A DNA stretch of 64,000 nucleotides from Epiperipatus broadwayi (lineage: Eukaryota > Animalia > Onychophora): contig JAQFVV010000001.1 of NCBI GenBank assembly GCA_028023455.1, forward strand, positions 10,168,001-10,232,000. Reading direction: 5' to 3'. The notes under the pieces are model-generated. The model did no database searches and was not told the DNA's origin. It saw only the letters and a list, made by a program, of their open reading frames with translations. The first letter of the stretch is position 1, and each line of letters starts with the position of its first letter. The position numbers were made by a program, and so were the translations under genes. Positions 1-13,000 of the stretch are shown piece by piece.

Positions 1-1673
1 ATTGCAAATAATGAGTTTACTATTTATTTAGAGGGTCGAGTATGAATGGACTACATAGGTCTGCATTTGAAAGGAAAATATTCTTCCCTGATTTAACCTT
101 AGGCAACAAATTTCGCAATCAACTGGTGCCAATCCATCTGATACATTCATGTATTCAATGTAGCATGATACGACAACACAAAATACTATATTGTCAGGAA
201 TGTACATCTGAACAATAAGTAGAAATAGAGAAGACATTGACTCTCCACCAACGGGAATGTGACATCTGTTGGCAAGTAGATCAATAAACAAAAACTCCAT
301 AGGAATGGACTGCAGTCTTCTGCCGACTTACAAACCCATCCATAGGCAAACAGAGGGTGTGTGGCGTATATCTATAATCCTGCCCATAGCGGACCTCATA
401 CTACATCTACTAATTACACAAATATATCCAATCCATTGAACCAATTCAACTACGAAATGAATAACCTAAGATTACCCTCCCTTAATACAACTTTACAAAA
501 CTATATAGCCATTCACGCCCGACTTAATTTTAACATTTAAATACGTTCGCACAGATTTGTTTCAAAATGTTGGGTATAGATCGATTACATAGATTCCACG
601 GTCAAAAACATTTCAAAATAAACATAAACGATCAAAATACAAAATTATTAATACCGACAATCGCAGAGGGAAACTTATAAGTAACCCAATAGTATTCACC
701 GTTAAGATACTTGGTTGTCACAATAACTTAAAAGACACCGAATAAATACATTTTAGATACTCACCGTAAGGTATCATTATTTATCGAATGTCTATATATT
801 TTGATCAAATATAAAACAAAATATAATTAACCATAAAAACCATGCAAGTGTCTATAAACAACTTAAATTTCATACATTTAAATAATCTTTACATAAGGAA
901 AAAAATGAAATGATGTTTATCAATGGGAATATAAAATTAAACATTATTAATTTGATTTAAAAACTTAAAAGTCAGATAAAAGTTCATAGCTTGAACGAAA
1001 GTTCTTAGTTATTTTTTAAATTTAGAGTTCATTAATATAGTTTATATAAGAGTCAGGTTCCTGTTGGCAATTCCATGGCGTCTCCATTGGAAGAAATGTT
1101 CTGGAGGTAGCATTAGCTGGTTCCATTCTGGTATACAGTCTTTTCATTTTATTTTTTTAAAAGAAAAAAATGAGAGACGCAGTGCTCTTACCGTTGTCTC
1201 AATCAAGTTGGAAAACCTGGAACTCGATATTTTTCTTTTTATAGTCCTCCTATGGATTCCATGAAAAAACGTCACTGTTCTGTTTTTTCGTTATGGTCCG
1301 GGCCTTTATTTGCTTCCATTGGTCAAGCTAAAATCTCTTTCTTCTCTTATCTAACCTTTCATCTGACTTTTTAATTAAACAGCTTTTAGATAATTAATAA
1401 ACAATCATTTCCATTTACAGATTACAGGAATTAATTAATACCTGTTTTTATTTTAACTTACGTTATTTTTTTATTAAAATATTTTTATATTTCAATCTTG
1501 TATTTTTTTTATTTAAAAAAATACGTTCAAATACTTTTTTTTCTTGTTTATGAAAAAAATATTTTTAAAGTTTAGCATCCGTGCGAATATATATATGTTT
1601 AACAAACATTTTAATTTTAGCGTTTAGTTTTTTCCTTTTATTTGTGAACTTTTAAGTTCTCATTTTAAATAAA

Positions 1674-1716
1674 TGTAACGACATATTTATATATCGTTAC
1701 AATATATATATATATA
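1674..1716. repeat. TGTAACGA/TCGTTACA 8-bp inverted repeat ending in ...CGTTACA and abutting (TA)n; probable LTR terminus
   Basis: TGTAACGA (1674-1681) and TCGTTACA (1694-1701), followed directly by ATATATAT. This junction form also occurs at 28465, 30792, 35373 and 37143. The other end of the element was not found. Confidence 0.4.
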
Positions 1717-1852
1717 AAAGATCAAAACAAAACTTTTTTGAAAATGGAGAATTGTAAATTGTATAAAATTTAATAATTAATTTTTCTTAATCTTTCTCTC
1801 TCTGATTGCAAAATATATATTGTTAAGCTACTAGGACATCTCAAGATCACAA

Positions 1853-2075
1853 TTTCCTATGCTTACATAAACTGTTAAAACAGTAGCAAACTCCATACAA
1901 AGTGCAATCCAATGCAAACCATAGTAATGAATGGATGCTAGAAGGATTAGTGCACAAAATCCCTATCTAGTACCTGCACATTCAATATCCCAGACTAGTT
2001 TCTAACTTGTGATTTTTATCAATGAGGAGTTGTGGATCTAAGAGCATTACACCTAGATCTTTTGAATTCAGTTTT
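1853..2075 (-). repeat. Unclassified dispersed repeat, copy 1
   Basis: The reverse complement (…TAGTCTGGGATATTGAATG…TAGATAGGGATTTTGTGCAC…CATCCATTCATTACTA…GTAAGCATAGG) aligns by eye with 6511-7050 and 33140-33296. Confidence 0.8.
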
Positions 2076-2349
2076 CAGTTGTTTTAAAACAAAACAAAAA
2101 ACAAATTCATGTTGCTTTTTCCTCTCTAATTTTAGTGTTGATAATGAACAGATAATTAGATTTTCATTTTCTTTAATAAAGTTGTTTCATTATCTCTAAT
2201 ATATTTATAATTTAAAAGTGGTTACTATGTTCTTTAGCATTGTATGCATATTCAAGCAAAGTTAAACCATCTTTTAATTCTTAAAAAAGAAGAAAATACC
2301 ATATTTAAAACTTTTCATTTCATGAAATGAAAATTAAAAATTTGTGTTG

Positions 2350-3175
2350 TGTTATATCTCATCTTGCCTTCAAATAATTTACTAGTCCAGATTCCATCTT
2401 ATCTAGATCGGATTGAACATTCATTACCATAAATCTAAGAGTATACAGATAGATAAAGCATAGCAAATGGCAAAAATGGGCCAATAAACGATGATGCTCA
2501 CTGAATCCGAAAGTTTTCATTAAAGGGGATCTGGCAATAAATAGTCAGTTTTTTTTGAAGATGGGATCAGAGAACTCCTGTCACAAAGCTAAAAGAAAGA
2601 ACTCACTTTCTCCACACATGTTCTTCAGAGAACTACATCAAACCTGAATGACTTCTGTCAAAAAACTGAAAAACAGAATACCTGTTCTCCACATTTGCAC
2701 TGAGAGAACTATTGTCACAAAGCTGAAACACAGAATTTCCATTCTCCAGACAATAGCAATTAAGTTAAATAATTGATACAGTGAGGCAAGTCCAAGTTAA
2801 AGACCGGAAGCTGCTAGTACCAAACAACAGAACAAGTGGTCATACAGATGAAGTGTCATTGGATTCCTCCCATTCCTCCCAAATCACACTAACCAAACTA
2901 CAGCTGGAAGTAATAGGAAACTTATAGGAGCAATTGTAGTCCCTTCTGGAAACTTATAGAGGCAATTGCAGTCCCTTCTTCTGTAGTTTACTCCACCAAC
3001 AATAGCAGGTGGAATATAGTCATTGTAAAATATATTGTAAATAAGAATGGATATTGGCTTTCATATGTGATAATAAATATTAGAAACATATTTACACATG
3101 TTCCTATTTACATTCGTTTGTATTCACACGAGTCTGTGATTATTAAATCATGTATATAATCCAACAAACATATCA
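2350..3175 (+). repeat. 5' LTR of the deleted Gypsy element (826 bp)
   Basis: TG…CA ends; collinear with 4744-5655; internal AGAGAACTACTGTCACAAAGCTGAAAGACAGAATT-type repeats; followed by a degenerate PBS-like TTTGTTGCAGTTG. Confidence 0.85.
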
Positions 3176-3513
3176 GATTTGTTGCAGTTGACAAAATAGA
3201 AAAAATGTTTTCTCCTCTGCTGGAAAAGAAGTTTGAAATGATAAAATCTTACCCCTGTTGCCATTAGATTTTGTCATTAATCAAAAAAAAATTGACAGCA
3301 AATGTTATTGGCATGTCAATAAAAAAATGTTAAAATCAAATTAGAGTGGTTACACTTTTTAAAAAAAGCAGATACTCCCCCTCAGAAAGTTGTTAGATTT
3401 TGTCTTGAATCAAAGATTGGAACCTTGTCAAATAAAGATTAAAAATCGAGTGGTTACTCTCACAAATAAAAGTAAAATGTTTTCTCTCACAGCATAAAGA
3501 GGGAAAAAATAAA

Positions 3514-4512
3514 ATGGCTAAAATTGGCTCAATTGAAGAATTTGTTTGTCTATTCAGATAACTGGCCAAAAGAAAAGTAATAATCTAAATACATGCTAAT
3601 CAAATAAAAAGGCCAGAGTTAAAATTAGATATGCTGATGTCTGTGATTGGCTGTCAGACTTATGAGATTCTTAAAGTCGAAGAAATCCCTGCGGCCGGCT
3701 GACCTTGATTTTGACAAGGCATTGTCTCTCTGCTAGCTAACTTTCTTATTCTAAAAATCACAAATGATAATGCAGAGATACTATTTTTAATCTCTGTACA
3801 CAAGAGGAAAAGTAAAAAGCTAAAGATTTTGCTATTAATTTAAAGAAAGTAGATTTAAAATGCAATTTCGAAGACTTCCTGGATGAAGCTCTGCTAGATC
3901 GTTTTATTTGTGGCACAAGTGACCATACTCTCAGGATCAAGCTCCTAATGGATCCTGACATAACCTTTGATTCCACTGTCTGTCAAGCGACTCTAGAAGA
4001 TAACTAGTCACAAAAATCCTTTGAAAAAAATGGATTATAGCACTCAAACCATTGAACAGAAAATTGGGTCTGTCAAACACCGAGCTGACAGTAAAAGGCA
4101 CTGCTCATATAAATTAGGGAGTGAAAAGCATTATTATAGATGTGATCAACCAATACATTCACACAATACAATGTGACAGGCAAAAGTTGAAGTTACCATG
4201 ACCAATAAAAACAGATATCTGCCTCTTGTTGTATCTGGTAGTAAGAAGAGCAATTTATTAGGACATGACTGGTTCACTCACATAAGTCTTACGGTGACTA
4301 AAATAAACCACCTTACAACAATAAATTCAAACAGGGTGCATGAAACTAAAAGTGCAAAAACATAAATAGGTACTCAGGTCCTATGTCGCACATTTAATTA
4401 AACTACCAAATGGATTCCAACAATGATGATCAAACTTAAAGGGCCATAAACAGTGGTAGTTAAAACTACTGATGGACAACAATATCATCATCACAAAAAC
4501 CAACTAAGCCTA
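3514..4512 (+). pseudogene. Degenerate Gypsy gag with protease C-terminal and integrase C-terminal fragments
   Basis: Manual translation across frameshifts and stops: MAKIGSIEEF…ANQIK…MLMSVIGCQTYEILK…DFAINLKK…CNFEDFLDEALLDRFICG…LRIKLL (gag); YYRCDQPIH (zinc-knuckle remnant, ~4131); LPLVVSG…NLLGHDWF (protease C-terminus); GTQVLCRTF…KWIP…GP*TVVV…HHHKNQL (integrase C-terminus). Confidence 0.8.
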
Positions 4513-4743
4513 AATTGCATGCCACCAGCCACCAGCAAAGACTCATTAGATGACAGAATCGCAAGCCAACAGTGATGGGTCATCAGACAGATGCAATGAA
4601 CCTACAGTTCCAAGATCTCCTAACAATGATAGTGGACCTCTTGAAAAGATCCTCAAGCCAGAAGGAACTACAAAGCAAATGGATGTTTATCAATGCACCT
4701 GCATGACTACATTCTTCAGGACTAATTTTAAGTGGAGAGGGAA

Positions 4744-5655
4744 TGTCATATCTCACTTTGCCTCCTAAAAATAGATTATTCAAGATTCCATCTTATCTAG
4801 ATCAAACTGAGCATTCATTGCCATGAACCTATACATATACAGATAGATAATACATAGCCAATGGCAAGAATAGACTAATAGGTAATGATGTTCATTAAAT
4901 CCGAATGTTTCTATTAAGGATGGGGATCTCACAATAAATAATGTCTTTTTGGAGGCAGTGTCAGAGATTACTGTCACAAAGCTGAAAGACAGAATTCACA
5001 TTCTTCATATATGTTCTGCAGAGAACTACTGCTAAATCTGAATGGAAGTATACACATTGTCCAGAGAACTACTGTAACAAAGCTAAAAGACAGAATTCAT
5101 GTTTTGCATACATGTTCTGCAGAAAACTACTGTCAAACCTAAATGGCAGTATACATATTCTCTATAGAATTTCTATCACAAAAGCTGAAAGACAAAATAC
5201 ATATTCTCCATACATATATTGAGAGGACGACTGTCACAAAGCTGAAAGACAGAATTTCCATTCTCCAGATAATAGTGGTTGATGCAATAAGACAAGTCCA
5301 ATCTCAGGACTGGCAGCTTCTAGAACTAAAATTGGCACGAGACAAGCTGTCACACAGTACAGAAAAAAGTGTCACCAGATTTTCTCATAATGCAGGCTAG
5401 CCAAAATACATCTGGAAGTTGTAAGAAACATTTAGGATCAATTCAGTCTCTTTTTCTATAATTCATTCCAGAACTAGGAGCTATACCTTGCCAACAGTAG
5501 CAGGTTGAGTGTAGCCATTATAAAATATATTGTAAATAAGAATGTATTTGTTTTCATATTCGGTAAATATAATATTAGAAAAACACATTTAAACATGTTT
5601 GTATTTATGCATCTGTGATTATTAAATCACAAAAATAATCCAGACAAATATAACA
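4744..5655 (+). repeat. 3' LTR of the deleted Gypsy element (912 bp)
   Basis: Begins right after the PPT, ends in TAACA, and is longer than the 5' LTR because it has more internal repeat units. Confidence 0.85.
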
Positions 5656-6510
5656 TTTTGAAATAAAAATTTATACCAACAATGTAAAATTTATTTAACC
5701 TGGATAACACTTTCTATAAAATTCTATTTGCAATAAGCTTTTTTCTGAATTATTATAATTTCAGATGTAGTTTTACTTTCAGTTTGCTATAAACTATTTT
5801 TACAGCAACTTCTAATGATGATGTTAGGTACAAAATTGACTTTACAAATGACATGTATCTTTAAAAGAAAAAATCAAATAGCTTTATTGCTTGAAAGTTC
5901 ATAAGAAGTTTGAGTGTCAAAACCGGAATCAATCTGAGAATCCTATACTCCAGAGTCTGACCCTTACAAAGCATGTACATGAATGGCTTTAAACAAATCT
6001 CTAATTTAAACTGTAACTAAATGATATGGTTATAAGATATTGCTGTTATGTTATAATTAAAGACAATGCCCTATGATAACTATAAACAAATATATAATAT
6101 TGATAATGGTCATATTTTTAAGATTCTTTCATATTGAGAGTTTTTTCTTTCTTTGTGAATTTGTAGACAATGAAATTTCTATTTCACAAAAGAAGACATG
6201 TTCAATAAGAATCTTTGCATTCAAATGTCATATGGCTATTCAAGTAATTGATAACACATGAATAAATAAATCAAAATCTTTATGAATTAAAGAATGGCAT
6301 ATTTTTTCTTTATAGTATTAATGACAAATGAATGAAAAATTTATTTAATACTAGTTTTTTTAACATTTATACTCTTTCAATACAATTTTTTTTTTTCCAC
6401 TAGAAAAGTGCAATACCTAAATAAACTTTTATAATAGTTAAGTTTTAAAATTATTTAATGTACTTAATGTTCATTTTTTCAATAATTTTGTATATACTTC
6501 TCTGCAAATA

Positions 6511-7050
6511 ACTAGACTGGGGATATTGGATGAATAGGGATTAGATAGGGATTTTATGGACAAACCTTCCTGCATCCATTGATTACTAAGGCTTGCTTTG
6601 GGTGGCACTACTGTGTGGAGAATTTGCTACTGTTATTAGTAGCTTTTGTAAGCATAGGTTTTATATCAATTCCACCTCTGGAATGATGGCAATTGTTGTA
6701 TTTGAAAAACTAAAGACACCAAAATGTATAGATGCTGAACTGGGTTCAGATCTTTATGATTATACAAACGAGCTTGGATTGAAAACATTATTGCATGTTT
6801 ATATTGAGCTTTATAGTTAACTAAATAGGTAAAAGGTGACTGCTGGAAGGTTGCTTTACATCCTAATATCTAGGTGTACTGCTTTCAGATCCAAAGATTC
6901 TCACTGATGAAAACCACAAGCTAGAAAATAGTCTGGGGATATTGGATGAGTAGGCATTAGATAGGGATTTTATGCACAAACCTTCCTGCATCCATTGATT
7001 ACTAAGGTTTGGATTGGATAGCACTACTGTGTGAAGAGTTTTCTACTGTT
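6511..7050 (+). repeat. Unclassified dispersed repeat, about 1.3 tandem units with a 416-bp period
   Basis: CTGGGGATATTGGATGA…TAGATAGGGATTTTATG…CTGCATCCATTGATTACTAAGG starts at both 6517 and 6933. Confidence 0.85.
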
Positions 7051-7883
7051 GTTAAATAATCAAGTACTTTAATGACATAAGATTATTTAAAAAAAAATAT
7101 TCATCTTTAAAGTTTTGAGCTTTATTACTGTTTAGATTAACTTCCTAAAAGACATATTTTCAAGTTGATCATTATTTAAATACAATTAATTACTGATGAC
7201 AGCCTATAAAACAATTTGCCTTCAAAAATGTCAAGTCATTAATTCAATTTATTTGAAAAAAGCATCAAGCTATTCTTTCCTTTTTATTTTTTATTAATAA
7301 GTTATTTTCAAAATTGCAATTTTTGTTGTAACTTTTATGCATTACATTTTATTTAAATATTGGATTTTTTCATAGTATTTGCTATACTAATTTAAATCCA
7401 GCTGACTCTGAAGCTATCAATCTAATTAAAACTTCCTTTGATATTAAAAGTGGATGGTTTTTGAAATGAATTACGGAATGCTTTTTTCCTGTTTGGGTGT
7501 GTGTGTTTTGTGCCTAGTTAATTTTCATTTGAGATGGTCTATTAGTTAATAGATGGAACTATGATCACGAGAGAGTTTTATAAATATATTATTTTCTAGT
7601 ATTTAATGTTGTATGATTTTTCTATTTTATTTTAAATGTATAAAAAAAGATTTCATGACAGAGCACTTATGTTATCCATCCAACTCTGGCCAAGAAAGTT
7701 GATTTCTTTTTCTAGTGACAAATAGGCTTAAAGTTTTCTTAAAGATGAACAACTTTAACAATCTATATGGTCAGCGAGTTGTTTGTAAATGGGTATCTAT
7801 TTATTATAAGTTATAAAGTAAAGATCCCAGGGTAATCTGAGTCAGTCAGATCAGTGGCAATATGTTAATTATAAAAATATATA

Positions 7884-8030
7884 ATTCTAATATGACATAA
7901 GCTTTCGTCGTTGTGAAAGAAATGTCATAAACTCATGACAACATGTGCCTTAATTAATTTCTAATATGACACAGCTTTCATTCTTTGTGAAAAAAATGTC
8001 ATAAACTCATGGCAACTTGTGCCTTAGTTA
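7884..8030. repeat. Tandem duplication of about 72 bp
   Basis: TTCTAATATGAC…TTGTGAAA…AATGTCATAAACTCATG…TGTGCCTTA occurs twice. Confidence 0.8.
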
Positions 8031-9311
8031 ATTTAGGCAAATATGCTTTCAATTTTTTACAACGTATTAATTAAATTAAGAGCCGATTTTTATTAAACAG
8101 ATATTTAATTTTTCGTTTTCATTTAACTTATCAAAATATTTATTTAATTAATTTTTTAAATGAATATTTAATGTTATTATATTTGTTTTCCACACTTTTG
8201 CTTTCAGAGTTGTTATTTTTTATTATAATTGCTAAAGTTTTGATGTTTTTTAATTGGATTTATTTTGAAATTGATTATAAAATAACTTTTATTAGAGTTG
8301 AACATTTTATTTATTTATAGATTTGTTGTATAATTGAATTTAGTACCTTTATTGTGTACAGAATAAAAAATATTTGTTAAATATTCCACTGCAGAAGCAA
8401 AGACTTCTCACAAATCTTCTGTTTGAGAACAATTAGATGCCCATTTAACAATTATTATTCTACATAGCTAAATATAATGACTACATAGGCCACCTACCAG
8501 AAAATAAAAATCTTAAAAATATTTGGAATCTGAATAAAATTCTGACTTTCACAATCCAAATCAATGCAAATAGAAATGTTAATTTATTCATTTTTTAATT
8601 TAGTAAGCATTTATTTATTAAATTACATGTAGTTTTTTTAAGCCTTTATTATTAGATAATGTTCTAATTAAAAGGTGACATTTAATTTTTATAAACATGC
8701 ATTTAGTTTAACATAATCAATTTTAACAAAATTAAATCTAAAAGTAGTAGATAGATTAAAATTATAAGAAAAACAATATGTCATTACATTGCTCTGTAAA
8801 GTTTGATTCTAAGTACACATATTTCCAAAAATAATTATATCATTTCAATTATTATTACTTTTTTAAAGAGGATTTAAAAATAAATAGATGGAATGTTATG
8901 TCATAAAACCAGACAGAAAGTATAATATAATACAGTAATAATAAATGAATGATTTATTCTCTTGTGAGATAATATGATGGAGGAGCACTGGAAATAATAG
9001 TTGAGCTGTAATTTATGAATCTTAGTTCTTAAGTCCATTATTCAACCACTGCACTTGACCATGAAGAGCAATGTGGGATATTTATTACAAGAGATGAAAA
9101 AAGATGGCTGAGTTGTGACGAAAAACAATGAAGAGAGTCTAAGAAAATTTTATTCTTAGAAAAACAAGAAATATAATGGTGCACATATTTTTTTAAGTAA
9201 AATAATAAAAGTCAGTCTTATAAGTAAATCTAGTAAAGAAATGCCATGGTGGTACAAAAACAGGATGACAAAGAAGTAGATTATTTATGTAATATATATG
9301 TATTGTATACT

Positions 9312-9312
<1 letters not shown>

Positions 9313-9347
<35 letters not shown>

Positions 9348-9443
9348 TGATGATGATGATGAAGCAAATGAGAGGGAATAGAGAAAGGGAGAGGAGGATA
9401 GAAGTAGAATATACCTGAGAGAAGAAGAGAGAAAGAGAAATAC

Positions 9444-9487
<44 letters not shown>

Positions 9488-10042
9488 AAAGAAGAATGCT
9501 TGGTGAGAAGGAGAAAAAATTAGAGTGAGAGAGAAAAAAAGAAAAGAAAAAATGCTAAAGAAAAAAAAAGAGGGAGAGAGAAGGAAAAAATTATTAGAGA
9601 GAGAGAGACGAGAAAAGAGAAAGGAAAGAAAAATGCTTAGAGAAAAGGAGAGAAAGAGAGAAAGAAAATGCTTAGAGAGAAGGAGAGAAAGAGAAATTCT
9701 TAGAGAGAGAGAAAGAGCAGAAAGGGAGAGGAGAAGAGAGAAAGAGAAATATTAGAGAAAAAGAGAAAGGAAGTGCTTAGAGAAAAGGAGAGAAAAAATT
9801 CTTAGAGAAAGATAGAAAAAGAGAATTAATAGAGAGAGAGAGAGAAAGAGAAGAAGAAAGAAAAATGCTTGGAGAGAAGGAGAGAGAGAGAAAAATTAGA
9901 GTGAGAGAGAATTACTAGAGAGAGAAAAAAAAGAAGAAGAAATGCTAGAGAAAAGGAAAGAGGGAGAGAGATATTAGAGGGAGAGAGAAGGAAGGATTAC
10001 TAGAGAGAGAGACGCGAAAAAGAGAAAGAAAAATGCTAGAGA
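9313..10042 (+). repeat. Modular GA-rich complex repeat preceded by (TAA)n(TGA)n
   Basis: Polypurine tract punctuated by AATGCTTAG, AATTATTAG and TTACTAG modules. ORF 9525-9755 is only a translation of this repeat. Confidence 0.9.
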
Positions 10043-13000
10043 CACTTCTGCTAGACATAGCAGGGTTACAATAAAATATTTTATAAAAATGTTAATATCC
10101 AGAGATCTGCAATAAGATGGGAGGAAAATTGACAGTGCTGCTAAACAATCAAGAAACAATAACAATTTGGAAGAAATTGTTAAGAAAATTTAAGTTTTAC
10201 CAAATACTAAAGAATTTATCCTCCATCAGATTATATTCTCTGAATCCAACAAATTTATGATAAAATTAGAACTTTTCTAAATAAATTTATTATTTAGTAA
10301 CTTAAAAAGATGCCACAAGATATCAGTTCCAATTCCATGGAACAAAGTATTTTCAAGTGTGCTTTTTGATAACACATGGAATAATTAATAATTACCTATC
10401 TCACATTAATTAGAATTTAAAATTATATGTTGAAAACGTGTATCAACTAATAAAAGATTCACAAGAGCATATGTTCTCAGAGGTCCTACTGCAACTCTTG
10501 TGATAGAAACTAAAATATGAAGTTGTTAACCGAAAATAAATAGTCAAGTGAATGATATCCTGGCTGACTATAGGAGACAAACACTTCCCTTGAAATAACT
10601 GCATTCTATGATAAGATAATAATATTTATTATAATAAAAAATTATTTACTTAAATATTTGATCTAGTATTTAAAGTATTTACAATTTAGATTATCTACAC
10701 CCTTCACCCAGGATATCACTCGAGATGCCAGAAAGACAAGGGTGTTTTTTATGTCCTTCCACCTTCTCACAAAACAATCTTCATAAAATAAAATGAAATG
10801 GACCTTGAGATAGAAATAATTTTAAGAATGTGAAGTCTAAAATAAACAGCATTGACAATTTTCATTTCATAGAATGAAATCTTTTGTCCTTGAGGATAGC
10901 ATGGTTAACATAATTCTTAAATATTACTTCGGTGTAATTTCACTTAGAAATCAGAATTAAAAGCATGGCTATATTTCATCTCAATGGAAATAAAATATAC
11001 GGCATTTTAAAATAAATAAAGTAATTAATGTTTATTCATTAATCAAAGTTGGGATCTTCAATGTTCAGTAACCCAATGTCAAGTGATCCAATGTTAAGTA
11101 ATTCAAGACAACAATAAAAAAAATAAAAATAAACATAGACTAAATATATTAAAATCAACAATTAATTGGTTTATTAACAAACTTATATTAACTTACACAT
11201 ACACATTACTTAGAATACTGTTACAATGATAACTTACTTGACTAATAATGACTACAAACTTTTTTGTAAACTTAATACAGATCTATTAAAGCTTTTGCAA
11301 AACCAAATGAAATAAACAAACTACACAATAGTTTGTTTAATAAATGATTAGAACAGTGAATTAGCAATGGCTAATTCTAACATACTTTTGTTAAAGTAAA
11401 TTATCCCTAAGACAATTTTTTTAATAAAAAAACATTAAAAAATTTATGTGCCAAACATGGAATTTTAGTAACAAAAACAAAATTTTGTTACAGATAATTA
11501 TTCTAATTATTTTTGTTTAACTCAAAATTATATGATAATCTTCAATAACCAGATTTGGTAAAAGAATCTAATATGAGTTGAAATTATTTACCCATAATCT
11601 AAACAACAACTGATTTATTTTCAAACCATATATTTTTTTCTTTTAAATAACTACTAATTTAAAGTAGAAAAATAACTTGATGAATGAATTAAGCAAATAT
11701 TAAATGAATAGCCATTTATCAGAAGTCATTTACACACATATAGGTCATAAATTCAATGTCTACATAATGTAGACCATCTAAATAAAAATTTAAAAATAAC
11801 TAAGTGACTTACACCTCTATTGGAGAAGTTCTGGATGATTGTAGCACATACATAACATGTGTGGATTATATCAACTGGCCAGATGCTTATAAATTTAAAC
11901 ATTTACAACTACAAAATATTGTTGGTTGGTTTGTGAATGATTACAAATCATGATAGCACAAAACACAGACATTCTTACACTTTAAAGCACCAACATAACT
12001 GAGTACATAATGAAGGAATCACATCCTTCAAACAAACTTATCTTGACATTACCTACTAAAATACAAGCAACCTCAACTACTATGGTGGTAAGTTTAGTTT
12101 TTATTAACCTCATGAGTGATAGGCCCAAAAGAAGATTCTTCAGAGCAACTAGCATAAATATCAAAAGCATGGTGGCTTTCAAAATAACACCTACATTTAA
12201 GGCAAGATAGGATGCCTGGACTTTTGACTCAGCGCATCAGGATAATATATGGAGAGGCTCACCAAAAACAACAACAGGTACCCAGAAATATGTGAATACA
12301 ATCACTGGAAACATAAGCACTATCAACTCATGGACAAATGCAATACAGATGGGGAATTTATCCATTCCATCCAGCACAATAATAATAACTATAATAAGCA
12401 AGGCCTGACATAATAAGGCCATTCTACAACTAACAATACCAAGATAAAAACACAATAGATTACTAAAGTTATATCCATAATTTTAACCTCCATAAACAAT
12501 AAGCAATGTCTGCACCAACAAATAAATTTACAAGACAACTGACTGAAATATAAATAAAGATACTGATTAGCATATGAAATATTGGCATTAAGATACCATG
12601 CATACAAATATGGAATATTAAATATTTTAATATTTAATAAGTAGTGGACATGAATAAAAATGCAACCAAACTATGAGAATAACAACAATTCTCAAGCATA
12701 AAATATTACTGACTAAAACTGACTATTGCACTTATGCAAATATAATAAAAATAAATAACCTCTGATAATAATAATACTTGGCTGTTTGCAAATACTGGAG
12801 TCAAATCATTATATATTCAAAATTACTATTGTGAGAGATAAAAATCTCTAATATTCGAATAAGCAAAGTAAACACTTTAACTTGACAGCATGTATTGAAT
12901 AAAAAATTGAATATTACCATTTTAAATATAGGTAGAACATTTACTCCTTTATAAACCCTTAATATTAAATTTGGCATAAATTAATATTTGGTACTAGAAT

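Larger units (their letters stand above)
2350..5655 (+). mobile_element. Internally deleted, non-autonomous Ty3/Gypsy LTR retrotransposon
   Basis: Two homologous LTRs (2350-3175 TGTTATATCTC…TATCA; 4744-5655 TGTCATATCTC…TAACA). PPT AAGTGGAGAGGGAA at 4730-4743. Near-TSD TGTTG/TTTTG. Remnants of gag, protease C-terminus and integrase C-terminus, with no RT or RNase H. Confidence 0.88.

Noticed and set aside
5900-5975. tRNA/SINE-like patches (also 18180-18290 and 19290-19420)
   Set aside because: Only partial B-box-like words; no cloverleaf, A box, tail or TSD.
6903-6935. CTGATGA…GAAA resembling a hammerhead ribozyme core
   Set aside because: Stem II cannot pair, and the other copies of the repeat lack CTGATGA.
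9525-9755. Lys/Arg/Glu-rich ORF (also 14739-14927)
   Set aside because: Direct translation of the GA-rich repeat; not evidence of a gene.
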